The notes: generated by a model from the letters alone, not told the origin. DNA of 64,000 bases from Candidatus Marinacidobacterales bacterium (GCA_965237955.1 OZ250169.1:6656001-6720000); one strand, 5' to 3'; counted from the stretch's first letter, positions 50,876 to 60,783 are shown. Translations and numbers: made by a program.

Positions 50876-51409
50876 TCATTTCAAGGCTTCGCGTATCTGC
50901 TCGACGAGCCTCTCCTCGTTCAACTCCAACGCTTCATCTTCGCCAGCTTTCTGGTGTAACCAAGACAATGGTTTCGGCGGAGCATCCCCCCACTCGGCCG
51001 CTTCGTCATACACGACATACACGTCCCACGCCATCTTCGCGCGGATGCCTAGCGTGGGCGACAACGCCTCCCCCAGCGCCTGAGCACCATCCCAATAGTG
51101 GCGAGCGCGTTCGTCGGGGATGAGCATCATCGCGTTCTCGGTCGCCTCGAACCGATCGCTCTCAATCGCGGGAATCCATACGACGAAGACGTCGATCGGT
51201 TCGCCTTCGAGCTCTTCGAGAACACGTTGCACCACCCGGGCGCCGTAGCGGCAGTTGTGTCACGTGGGCGAGAGCACGGTGACGAAACGAACGCGCCCAT
51301 CGGCGGCGCGAAAATTGTCCAAGAAAGGTTGATGCTCGAGGTCGAGCCGCGCGATCGGTGACGGCGCGAGCCCGAGAAGTAACAGAGAAACGAGACCCGT
51401 ATTTTTCAT
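50876..51409 (-). CDS. Putative selenoprotein, thioredoxin-like fold, UxxC motif (177 aa, Sec50)
   Basis: ATG 51409 with signal-like N-terminus; ...VRFVTVLSPT-TGA(51260-51262)-HNC... continues in frame into ORF 50876-51235; stem-loop immediately 3' of the UGA. Confidence 0.8.
51221..51259 (-). promoter_or_regulatory. Candidate bacterial SECIS element
   Basis: UGA-CACAACUGCCGCUACGGCGCCCGGGUGGUGCAACGUGUU can pair ACAC/GUGU and UGC-CGCUAC/GUGGUG-CA with a G-containing apical loop ~15-17 nt from UGA (folded by eye). Confidence 0.6.
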
Positions 51410-51432
51410 GACAGCGCTCACGTTACACGATT

Positions 51433-52611
51433 CTAACGCGCTTCGGAAGACGTTCGCACCGGCGCGGACACGACGTTGCCGGCAGCGCGAAGAACGAGCG
51501 TAGCCGGCGAGATCCGCTCGACCTCGACCTCGAGCGTTCCCGGAAGACCGTGGCTCAGCGAAACCGGAAAAGCGTCGGGCTCGTCGAGGGCGAGCTCCAC
51601 CCGGACGGTGCCGTTTTGGGGCTCTTTGCCGACGCGGTGCACCGTTGCCGGCACGCTTCCGTACTGCACCCACGAGAACCCCGAAAGGCGCAGCTTCGCT
51701 TGTTGGCCCGGCTGGATTCGTCCGAGCGCTCGTTCGGGGGCGAACTCCGCGACCACCCGAACCTCGCCCGACGGGATCACGGTACCGAGGTGGACGCCTT
51801 TTTCCACGAACTCCCCGACACGAAGGCTCAGCCGGTCCCCGATCCGGCCGGACACCGGGGCGCGGACCGTATGCAACGACAGGTCATACTCGAGACCATC
51901 CATGTTGGCGTGGAGCCGGCGGATGTTGGACTTCATCTCGGCCGCGCGGCCCTCTAGAGACACGACCTCCGCTTCCTTTTCGCTTATCTCGATACGGCGG
52001 TCACCCTCCATGCGCTCGAGAGACCGCCCCCGCGCCTCCGCAGCTTTCAGCTTCTGGCGGTGCTCGGTCTCGGCGGCGTCCGCTTCAGCTCGAGACACCA
52101 AGCCTTCTCGGTGGAGATTCTCTTTTCGTTCCGCTTCCTGCTCGGCGAACCGAGCGGACTCGAGCGCTTCCTGATGGAGCGCCTGGGACTCCTCCAGAGC
52201 CGCCTGGGCAGCATGTCGCGCATCGACGAGAGCTTGATCCTGCGCCACGATCTCGCGCTTTGCTTGTTCGAGCTGCTCCGCGAGTCCAGCGGCTTCGGCG
52301 CGCTTTTCTTCGAGCTGGAATCGAACTTCGTCGGCGTCGAGCTCGACGAGAACATCCCCTTCCTCGACCGCGCTGTCCAAATCCATCGCGCTCCGCAACA
52401 CGCGCCCGGAGACGAGACTCATCACCGCATGGGGCTCGCGCCCGACTTCGAGCCGAGCCTGATCGGAGACTTCGTAGAGCGCCACGCGAGCGAGAAAGAA
52501 CCACGCGACCCAACTCGCGAGCAGAAGAATCCCTACGACGATACCGACAAGACTCCAACGGAAGCGATCGGCTTCGAGCGAGCGAAGAGATCGGGAGAAA
52601 CTCGTGGGCAT
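51433..52611 (-). CDS. HlyD-family secretion adaptor
   Basis: N-terminal TM, VEEGDVLVELD, long coiled coil, VRAPVSGRI. Confidence 0.9.
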   Translation of the reverse strand: MPTSFSRSLRSLEADRFRWSLVGIVVGILLLASWVAWFFLARVALYEVSDQARLEVGREPHAVMSLVSGRVLRSAMDLDSAVEEGDVLVELDADEVRFQLEEKRAEAAGLAEQLEQAKREIVAQDQALVDARHAAQAALEESQALHQEALESARFAEQEAERKENLHREGLVSRAEADAAETEHRQKLKAAEARGRSLERMEGDRRIEISEKEAEVVSLEGRAAEMKSNIRRLHANMDGLEYDLSLHTVRAPVSGRIGDRLSLRVGEFVEKGVHLGTVIPSGEVRVVAEFAPERALGRIQPGQQAKLRLSGFSWVQYGSVPATVHRVGKEPQNGTVRVELALDEPDAFPVSLSHGLPGTLEVEVERISPATLVLRAAGNVVSAPVRTSSEAR

Positions 52612-52633
52612 GTGGGGACTATGTTAGCAGTTC

Positions 52634-52781
52634 AGCATCCAGCATTCAGCATCCAGCATTCAGTTCACATCACGCCCTGCCCGTAAGTGGCGTGGCGCAT
52701 ATCGAGCACCGTTCTGCCGTCAAACGACGCACCCGTTACAAGCACAGAGCGAACTGAACTGAATGCTAAATGCTGGATGCT
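52634..52781. repeat. Inverted-repeat element with heptamer-built arms and 87-bp spacer
   Basis: Left AGCATCCAGCATTCAGCATCCAGCATTCAGTTCA (52634-52667); right TGAACTGAATGCTAAATGCTGGATGCT (52755-52781). Confidence 0.75.
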
Positions 52782-53689
52782 TAAACTGGCGTCAGTTGAG
52801 GCGCTTCATGCGTAAGCGCCGTCAATTCCGCAAACAGCGCATCCATCGAGGCGGGTCGGTCCGACTTCTGTTTCGCGAGCATCCGGAGGACGAGGTCCTC
52901 GACGGCCGGCGAGACACGGATGAGCGGATTCGTCTCCGCTAGAGGCTTCGGCTCTTCGGTGAGGTGTTTGGCGAGATAGGCTTTCGAGGTTTTGGCCTCG
53001 AACGGTTTTGCTCCCGTCAGAAGCTCGTAGAACGTCACCCCGAGCGAGTAGATGTCGGTGCGACCGTCGAGGGTCTCGGAGTCGTCATCACCCGTGGGAG
53101 CGCAAATCTGCTCGGGGGCAACGTACTCGGCTTTGCCGACGAGCTTCATCGTTTGCGTAATCTTGCGTGCGTCGGGCGACATGCTCTTGGCGATTCCGAA
53201 GTCGATGACCTTCACAATCTCTTGACCGTTTTCCGGCACCATCAAGATATTGTCGGGAGAGATATCACGATGCACAACGCCGAGCTTGTGAGCCTCGACG
53301 AGCCCGAGTGCGACCTGCTGAACGACACGGATGGCCTCGGCCGTGGGAATCCAACCGTTTCGACGTAAGCGCTGCCGCAAGCTCTCGCCTTCGAGATACT
53401 CCATAACGAGGAAAAAGAGCTCGTTACCCACGGTGCCGAACTCGTGAAGCAGCACGAGATGCTTGTGGCGCAAACGAACCATGATTTGGGCTTCGCGTTG
53501 GAACCGCGCGATGCATTCCTGGCGCTCGCGAAGCTCTGTCCGCAGAAACTTGATGGCGCGCACTTCGTCGAGCAGGGAGTGGCGAGCCTTGTAGACCTTC
53601 GCCATGCCTCCTTTGCCGATGAGCTCGAGGATCACGTACTCCCGCAGCAAACGCTTACCAACGAGCGGATCCTTTTTCGGCGGACTCAT
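52781..53689 (-). CDS. Hanks-type Ser/Thr protein kinase (kinase domain only)
   Basis: IGKGGMAKVY, AIK, HRDISPDN, DFG, YVAPE, DIYSLG. Confidence 0.93.
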   Translation of the reverse strand: MSPPKKDPLVGKRLLREYVILELIGKGGMAKVYKARHSLLDEVRAIKFLRTELRERQECIARFQREAQIMVRLRHKHLVLLHEFGTVGNELFFLVMEYLEGESLRQRLRRNGWIPTAEAIRVVQQVALGLVEAHKLGVVHRDISPDNILMVPENGQEIVKVIDFGIAKSMSPDARKITQTMKLVGKAEYVAPEQICAPTGDDDSETLDGRTDIYSLGVTFYELLTGAKPFEAKTSKAYLAKHLTEEPKPLAETNPLIRVSPAVEDLVLRMLAKQKSDRPASMDALFAELTALTHEAPQLTPV

Positions 53690-53883
53690 GACAAAAACCC
53701 GATGGCATAATGAAGCAAGATTCGTTCCGCTGCCTCCACCGAGAGCTTGTCGCCTAACTCGCCGCAACACAGAACTTAGAGCTCAGAGACACCGTACCTT
53801 GGGTCTGCGAGTCATACTCTCCACCCGCGGACGTAGTGGAAGGCCCACACGCTAGGGGTGTTTTCCGTCAGCGCTCCAAATCA

Positions 53884-53912
53884 TTGACGACAACCGATCG
53901 TGCCGGTATGCT
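53884..53912 (+). promoter_or_regulatory. Sigma70-type promoter
   Basis: TTGACG-N17-TATGCT just upstream of ATG 53929. Confidence 0.6.
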
Positions 53913-53928
53913 GTCGGCCGAAGACATC

Positions 53929-55323
53929 ATGGCGGACACGACCACGACTGGTTTCGCAAGAAAATCGCTTCTGGACTACGCGGAGTCGCAACGCGCGAGC
54001 TTCGAGAAGACGCTCTCGGAGCTCGTCGAGATCCCAAGCGTGTCCGCCGATCCGCAGCATAAAACCGACGTGTCCGAAGTCGTGTCGCGCGCGGCCGACC
54101 TGATGCGACGCATGGGCGGCGAGGCGCGCGTGCTCGACACCGGCGGGCATCCGATGCTCCATGGCCGCTTCGAGCAAAGCTCGGACTATCCAACGGTCAC
54201 GGTTTATAACCACCTCGACGTACAACCGGCCGAGATCGCTGACGGGTGGCACACCGAACCGTTTCGCTTCATCGCGACCGACGATCGTTATTGGGGCCGC
54301 GGTACGACCGACGACAAAGGCCCGGCGCTCACAGCTCTTTGGGGCTCGAAGTACGCCCTTGCACACGGGGCGCGTGTCAACATCCACTTCTTGTGGGAAG
54401 CGGAAGAGGAGATCGGGAGTCCCAATTTCGAATCCACCATCAAGAAGGAAAAGGATCGCCTCGACACGGATTCCGTCGTCGTCTCCGACACGGTTTGGGT
54501 CTCTCGAGCGCGTCCCGCGTGTCCGGCGGGACTGCGCGGCCTTCAGGGCTTCCGGTTCATGCTCGAGACGGGCGAGACCGATCAGCATTCGGGCACATCG
54601 GGTGGAGCCGCGCGCAATCCGGTCGCCGAGCTCTGCCAGCTCATCGCCGATTGCTTCGACGCGAAGACTGGTGACGTTAAAATCCCAGGCTTCTACGACG
54701 ACGTCGTCGAGCCCACGAAAGCCGAAATCCGCGACTTGAAGAAATCCGGATTCAGCACGCAGACGTTCAAGAAGGATCATCAGTTCAAGTCGCTTCGCGT
54801 TACCGATCCGGTCGAAGTCATGAAACGGATTTGGTGCATGCCGACGTTCGAAGTGCACGGAATCGCCGGAGGCTACCAAGGTCCCGGAGTCAAGACCGTC
54901 GTTCCACCTCGGGCCACGGCAATCGTTTCCTGCCGCTTGGTGCCGGACATGGACGGGCGCAAGATCGTCAAGATCGTGAAGCAGTTCGTGAAAGAGAAAA
55001 ACCCCGACGTCAAAGTCGAGGCGGAGCACGGGCTGCCCGCCTACCAGGGGCACACCGAAGGCCCGCATCCGGATGCCATTCGCGCGTCGATGAAATTCGC
55101 GTTCGGAAAGGATCCGGTGTTCGTCCGCGAAGGCGGCTCCATCGGCGCGGTGGTGTCGATGGAGAAAGTGCTCAAGGCACCGGTTTTCTTTCTCGGACTC
55201 TCTCTCCCAGAGCACGGCTATCACGCGCCGAACGAGAACTATGATTGGCAGCAGGCAGAGGGCGGCATGATTGCTTTTGCGGACTACTTCCGCCGCGTCG
55301 GAGAGATGGAACCGGCGACGTAG
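53929..55323 (+). CDS. M20 family metallopeptidase (dipeptidase-like)
   Basis: YNHLDVQP, GRGTTDDKG, EEEIGS, GGSIG, HAPNE. Confidence 0.92.
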   Translation: MADTTTTGFARKSLLDYAESQRASFEKTLSELVEIPSVSADPQHKTDVSEVVSRAADLMRRMGGEARVLDTGGHPMLHGRFEQSSDYPTVTVYNHLDVQPAEIADGWHTEPFRFIATDDRYWGRGTTDDKGPALTALWGSKYALAHGARVNIHFLWEAEEEIGSPNFESTIKKEKDRLDTDSVVVSDTVWVSRARPACPAGLRGLQGFRFMLETGETDQHSGTSGGAARNPVAELCQLIADCFDAKTGDVKIPGFYDDVVEPTKAEIRDLKKSGFSTQTFKKDHQFKSLRVTDPVEVMKRIWCMPTFEVHGIAGGYQGPGVKTVVPPRATAIVSCRLVPDMDGRKIVKIVKQFVKEKNPDVKVEAEHGLPAYQGHTEGPHPDAIRASMKFAFGKDPVFVREGGSIGAVVSMEKVLKAPVFFLGLSLPEHGYHAPNENYDWQQAEGGMIAFADYFRRVGEMEPAT

Positions 55324-55432
55324 GGCTGAACCCGGGCGCGCCACCGCAGCAGCGCGCAGCGCGCGCCGCGCACGAGTCGCGAGCACACCTCGTCCCGATC
55401 GATGTCTCGCGCACATGACAAGAAGGAGAGAT

Positions 55433-57355
55433 ATGCGACGATCCGCACGACGATGGCTAGGAGTAGCGATTCTGCTAGCGAGCACGACCGACGGGTTCGC
55501 CCAACAGGGTGTTCTCGATGGTCAATGGCGACATTCGAACGGCGACGCCGGAGCCACGCGATACTCCGACCTCGATCAGATCAACCGGGACAACGTCGAG
55601 AGCCTTCGCATCACCTGGCGGTGGGACAGCGGGAACTATGGACCCACTCCCGAGTTCAAGAACGAAACGACGCCTCTGATGGTGGACGGCGTCCTCTATT
55701 TCACTGCCGGCTTTCGGCGGGACGTGGTCGCGATCGATGCCGGCACCGCCCAAACACTATGGATGTATCGGTTCGATGAGGGAGAGCGAGGCGTCGCCGC
55801 ACCCCGAAAAAACTCCGGTCGCGGCGTGTCGTACTGGACGGACGGTCGCCGCGATGAGCGGGTCTTCGTCATCACCCTGGGGTTTCATCTCGTAGCGCTC
55901 GACGCCAAAACCGGCAGACCGATTCCCGATTTCGGAAACGACGGCGTCGTAGATTTGAAGCTGGGCTTTGACCAGACGGTGGAGCTCGATGCTAAGAACC
56001 TCGGGTCGAGCTCGCCTTCGAGGATTTGATCATCATCGGCCCAGCCATGGCCGGCTCCGCCAGGCCCAGGTCGAAAATTGGCGTCCCCGCCCACGTGACC
56101 GCCTGGGATACGAGGACCGGTGAGCGTCGTTGGATCTTCCATACCGTTCCCAAGACCGGCGAGCTCGGCTATGACACCTGGGAGAACGATTCGGCGAAGA
56201 TTGGCGGCAACGCCGGGGCGTGGGCGCCACTCGCACTCGATGAAGAGCTCGGCTACGTGTATCTTCCCGTCGAAGTCGCGACCAGCGACTACTACGGTGG
56301 CCATCGGCTCGGCGACAACCTGTTCTCGTCCGCCTTGGTCTGCGTGAACGCGCGAACGGGTGTGGCACTACCAGATCGTGCACCACGACATCTACGAGTA
56401 CGACAACCCCTCGGCGCCGATCCTCATGGATGTCACCGTGGATGGAAGTCGTATCCCAGCGGTGGTGCAGCTCACCAAGCAGGCATTCGCATTCGCATTC
56501 AACCGCATCACCGGAGAGCCGCTTTGGCCCATCCACGAACGCCCCGTTCCTCGGTCGGACGTGCCCGGCGAGCGCGCGTCGCCGACGCAACCGTTTCCGA
56601 GCAAACCGACCGGCTTCGATCAGCAGGGCGCAGGCGTTGACGATCTCATCGACTTGACGCCCGAGATCCGAGCCGAAGCGCTCGAGATCGCTCGCCAGTA
56701 TCGCCTCGGCCCCCTGTACACCCCGCCGTCGCTCGCGGACGACGATGATGGCACCAGGGGCACGATTCAGGTTCCAGGGACCGGCGGTGGCGCACTTTGG
56801 GAAGGCGGCGCGATCGATGTCGCGAACGGGATCCTATATGTGGGCACGACCACGGGCGCAACTTTGTTGGCGCTCACGCACGACGCCGACTATTCGGACG
56901 TCGCTTACGTCTCTGCCGGGCTGAGCGTCTCCGGACCTCAAGGCCTGCCGCTTTTCAAGCCACCGTTCGGTCGCATCACCGCCATCGACATGAACACCGG
57001 CGAGCACGTGTGGATGAAACCGAACGGAGGGACGCCACCCGCCATTCTCAACCACCCCGCGCTCGCGACCGTCGACTTCGAGCTCGCACCGACGGGCTCT
57101 CGGGCGCGCGCCGTGCTGCTCGTCACCAAGACCTTGCTCCTTGCCGGCGAAGGCTGGTACGGTCAACCCTACTTTCGCGCCTACGACAAGCGCACCGGCG
57201 AGATTGTTGCGGAGCTCGAGATCCCGGCTCAGGCCACGGGTCTACCGATGACGTACATGCACGACGCTAAGCAGTACATCGTGTTTGCCGCCGGCGACGG
57301 CAAGACCGAGCACGCCGCGGAGCTCATCGCGTTGACACTCCCCGATTCTCAGTAA
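55433..57355 (+). pseudogene. Second PQQ-dependent dehydrogenase, frame breaks at ~56025 and ~56360
   Basis: Three consecutive ORFs colinear with 1311-3257 (TRYSDLDQIN, GRGVSYW, WHYQIVHHDIYEYD, PPFGRITAID). Real lesion vs sequencing error unresolved. Confidence 0.85.
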
Positions 57356-58054
57356 GGCTCGAGCACGGGTGAGTTTTCGTCGAGAACGTGCGTGCTCGCA
57401 CTAGCGCCGGTGTGAGCGCGCACCAGCTCCTGAAGCTCCGCCATTGCCTCTTGGAGCTCGCTCCGCGTCACTGGCGGGAGCGCTTCGAGCACGAGCACCG
57501 CGCGTTTGGTGTCCTCGGTGAGCTTGGTGCGGTCCGCTTCTTTTCCAGTTCCATCGGCGGCAAATCGCGCCTCGGGCGTCCGTGTAGATGACTTCCCCGA
57601 CCTTCGGCGCGCGCTCTTCTTTCTCGCGCAACAGCTGAATCGCAGGCTCGTTCTCGCCCGCGCGCGTCAGTCGAATATCGCCTTCGACGCGATCGAGGTC
57701 TTCACCGCCAACGGGAAGCAGATGTTTCAGCGAGACGATGTTCCCCAGGTCGACGAGCGGATTGATCGCTCGCAGCGACTCCCCTCTGAGCGTCCGGCGG
57801 ACGAGGTTCTCGATCGACGACGGGTACTTCTTCGGTTTCGCGCCGAAAGCGCGATACGCCTCCCGCCAACAGCGGATGCGAGGATGCTCGGTGACGTTCA
57901 CACCATCGAGCGTTGAGCGCACCTGTTCTCGAGCGCGCTGAAGCTCAGCCGCGAAGCGCTCTCCGGATCGATTGTCGACGTTTTCGAGAGCGAGAACACC
58001 GATTCGAACCTCAGGAAATGCGTTCAGAACATCTTGTTCGATAACAAACTTCAT
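57349..58054 (-). CDS. B3/B4 (PheRS-beta editing-like) domain protein, frameshift at ~57543
   Basis: WREAYRAFGAKPKKYPSSIE, INPLVD, GGEDLD, CRRWNW then EADRTKLT in the shifted frame at an A-run. Confidence 0.85.
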
Positions 58055-58062
58055 TTTTTTTC

Positions 58063-58149
58063 AACGCAAAGGCGCAAGGACGCCAAGACGCAAAGTGAGT
58101 GAGCTCGGATACTTTACTTTGCGCCTTTGCGTCTCCGCGCCTTTGCGTT
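58063..58149. repeat. REP/REPIN-like hairpin of ~8-mer tandem repeats
   Basis: AACGCAAAGGCGCAAGGACGCCAAGACGCAAAGT-N19-ACTTTGCGCCTTTGCGTCTCCGCGCCTTTGCGTT. Confidence 0.8.
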
Positions 58150-58158
58150 TCGCTTTTT

Positions 58159-58950
58159 TTAGGGCGCGGCGAGGGTGCTTCCGAGAATGTGATAGCCGCC
58201 GTCGACGTAAATCACTTCCCCGGTAACACCGCGCGCGAGGTGCGACACGAGAAATGCCGCCGTGTCTCCAACCTCCCCTTTCTCGGTGTTTCTTCGAAGC
58301 GGTGCATGGGTTCGATGGTGCTCGAGCATGCGCGAGATGCCGTGAACACCCGACGACGCGAGGGTTTTGATCGGACCGGCGGAAATTGCATTGACCCGGA
58401 TCGCTTTCGGCCCCAAATCGGCCGCGAGATAGCGCACCGACATCTCGAGTGCCGCCTTGGCCACACCCATCACGTTGTAGTTCGGTACGACACGCTCACC
58501 TCCGAGATACGTCAAGGTTACGATACTCCCGCCGCCGTCTTCTGCCGAAGGCATGAGCGGCACGACGCGACGACTGAGCGCGGTCAGCGAGTACGACGAA
58601 ATGTCCTGCGCGACGCGATATCCTTCGCGTGACGTATTCACGAACTCGCCATCGAGCTCTTCTCGCATCGCAAACGCCACCGCATGGACCATGAAGTCGA
58701 CTCCGCCGAGCTGGTCCTTGACGGCCGCGGCGACCCCGTCCATGTCGTCGTCGCTGGTCACGTCGCAGGGGACGATGACGGGATCGACGAGCTCGTCGGC
58801 CAGCTTTCTGACGTTCCTCTCGAGACGCTCTCCCTGATACGTCACCGCGAGACGAGCGCCTTCGCGGGCAACCGAGAGGGCAATGCCCCACGCGAGAGAG
58901 CGTTTGTTGGCGATCCCGACGATGAGACCACGCTTTCCTTCCAACAGCAT
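58159..58950 (-). CDS. fabI: Enoyl-ACP reductase
   Basis: GIANKRSLAWGIA, YNVMGVAKAALE, NAISAGPIKTLA. Confidence 0.95.
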   Translation of the reverse strand: MLLEGKRGLIVGIANKRSLAWGIALSVAREGARLAVTYQGERLERNVRKLADELVDPVIVPCDVTSDDDMDGVAAAVKDQLGGVDFMVHAVAFAMREELDGEFVNTSREGYRVAQDISSYSLTALSRRVVPLMPSAEDGGGSIVTLTYLGGERVVPNYNVMGVAKAALEMSVRYLAADLGPKAIRVNAISAGPIKTLASSGVHGISRMLEHHRTHAPLRRNTEKGEVGDTAAFLVSHLARGVTGEVIYVDGGYHILGSTLAAP

Positions 58951-58969
58951 CCAAACCTCCGACGGCGGA

Positions 58970-60313
58970 CTATATCACCGGCCGACGCTGCCACCACGGC
59001 TGAGATTGTTCGTAGGCGTATGCGACCTGCAGCAAGCGGGCCTCGTGGCCGGGTGCCGCGGCGAGCTGCAGTCCGATCGGACGACCGTCCTCGGTGAAGC
59101 CGCACGGAAGAGACATTGCCGGAAAACCCGTCGTATTGAACGGGCCCGCCAGACGCAGCAGGCCGGTGCGAAGCTCCTCGCCGTTGTCGAGCACCTCGTC
59201 CTCGATACGGGGCGCCGCTGCCGCCGTCGCCGGTGCGGCGAGCACATCGATGTCGCGGAAAGCCTTTGTGAACGCGCGCACGACCCGTCGGCGGGCACGA
59301 AGCGCGGCGAGATAGTCGGTCGCCGAGATCGTCAACCCGAGGCGCAAAAGCTCCCGCGGACCCTCCCCATAATCTTCCGGTCGACGTCGGATGTTCTTCT
59401 CGTGAAACGAAGCGGCTTCGGCAAACGTAATGATGTTCCTGCACTCGGCCTGAAGCTCGATCTCGGGAACATCCATGGGTACCAGCTCCATCCCGAGCGA
59501 TTCGAGCTCGACGATCGCGGCGCGCACCGAAGCTTCTACTTCGGGATCGATGTTGTCGAAGAAGTAGCTCTCGTGCACACCGAGCTTGAGACCCTTGGGC
59601 TGCTCGTTCAAGCCGGAGGCGGAGTCTTCGCCGGTAAGGACGTCGTATAGCACTGCTTGGTCCTCGACCGTACGTGCCATCGGACCCACATGATCGAGAC
59701 TCCACGACAGGGGTGTGACCCCTTGCCGGCTCACTTTTCGGTAGGTGGGCTTCAGCCCGACGGTGCCGCATAACGCCGACGGGATACGGATCGAGCCCCC
59801 GGTGTCGGTCCCGATCGAGCCGAGCCCGATGCCCGCGGCGAGCGCCGCCGCCGAACCACCACTCGAGCCTCCGGTCATCCGCTCGGTATCCCACGGATTC
59901 CTTGCGGGACCGTAATGCGGGTTGCCGTTCGAGACCCCGTACGCAAACTCGTGGAGATTGGTCTTTCCCAGCAGGACGGCGCCCGCGTTGCGCAGGGAGG
60001 CGAGACACGGCGCGTCCTCCTTCGGCACGAAATCAGCGAAGATTTTTGAGCCCGAAGTGGTGCGGACGCCGGCCGAATGGACGATGTCCTTCGCGGTTAC
60101 CGGTATGCCGTGAAGCGCGCCCAGAGAATCACCACGGGCCGCCGCTTCATCCGCTCGCCGAGCCGCGGCGAGAGCCTTATCGACACAGACGGTAATAAAG
60201 ATGCCCAGCGATGCAAGGGCCTCCGCCTTGTCGAGCGCGGCTCGTACGAGCTCCTCGGAGCTCACTTCCCGCCGCCCTAAAGCATCCCGGACGCTGCGGA
60301 GCGTCTCGCTCAA
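58970..60313 (-). CDS. Amidase signature family protein (GatA/AtzE-like)
   Basis: HGIPVTAKD, GKTNLHEFA, GGSSGGS, GTDTGGSIRIP. Confidence 0.93.
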   Translation of the reverse strand: MSETLRSVRDALGRREVSSEELVRAALDKAEALASLGIFITVCVDKALAAARRADEAAARGDSLGALHGIPVTAKDIVHSAGVRTTSGSKIFADFVPKEDAPCLASLRNAGAVLLGKTNLHEFAYGVSNGNPHYGPARNPWDTERMTGGSSGGSAAALAAGIGLGSIGTDTGGSIRIPSALCGTVGLKPTYRKVSRQGVTPLSWSLDHVGPMARTVEDQAVLYDVLTGEDSASGLNEQPKGLKLGVHESYFFDNIDPEVEASVRAAIVELESLGMELVPMDVPEIELQAECRNIITFAEAASFHEKNIRRRPEDYGEGPRELLRLGLTISATDYLAALRARRRVVRAFTKAFRDIDVLAAPATAAAAPRIEDEVLDNGEELRTGLLRLAGPFNTTGFPAMSLPCGFTEDGRPIGLQLAAAPGHEARLLQVAYAYEQSQPWWQRRPVI

Positions 60314-60465
60314 GATTCCTCCTCCAGATCCATGATGTTGGATAGAGGTTCCTCACCCTCGGCAGCCTCTCGCAGCCGGGGGAGGACGGATCGGAGCCTC
60401 TCTCGACGTTCGTCCAGGCGTTCACGCTCGGCCGGATCGAGCTCGAAATTATATTCATATTGCAT
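60310..60465 (-). CDS. Small acidic helical protein (51 aa), possible GatC/AtzG-like amidase partner
   Basis: Own translation MQYEYNFELDPAERERLDERRERLRSVLPRLREAAEGEEPLSNIMDLEEES*; stop overlaps the amidase TTG start. Confidence 0.55.
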   Translation of the reverse strand: MQYEYNFELDPAERERLDERRERLRSVLPRLREAAEGEEPLSNIMDLEEES

Positions 60466-60783
60466 TATTTGACCGTCTCTATGTCAACATATCGCGCTGG
60501 TAATTGTCCCTAAATTTCTGATATAGTACAGTTATCATGGAAGGTAAGTTCGCTCCGCCAGCTCGCCCCCGTTGACCCGTGGCTCAACTGCCCAGTCCAA
60601 AGCGAGGTGCCAAGTTCCACGTGTTCCACCGGCACGATCTAGCGCTCCACAAGGGACGCGCGACACTGGTGCCGCGGCTGCCGACCGTCTAAGCGACAAA
60701 CGCGCTCGTTGATCGAAGGAGTTCCATGGGGTCGAGCTACGAGAACGCATGGTGCGAGCGCTATGCATGAGCAGGAGGTGTCA

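Noticed and set aside
58970-60313. Amidase as gatA
   Set aside because: No gatB nearby and it lacks typical GatA-specific segments; kept as a generic amidase.
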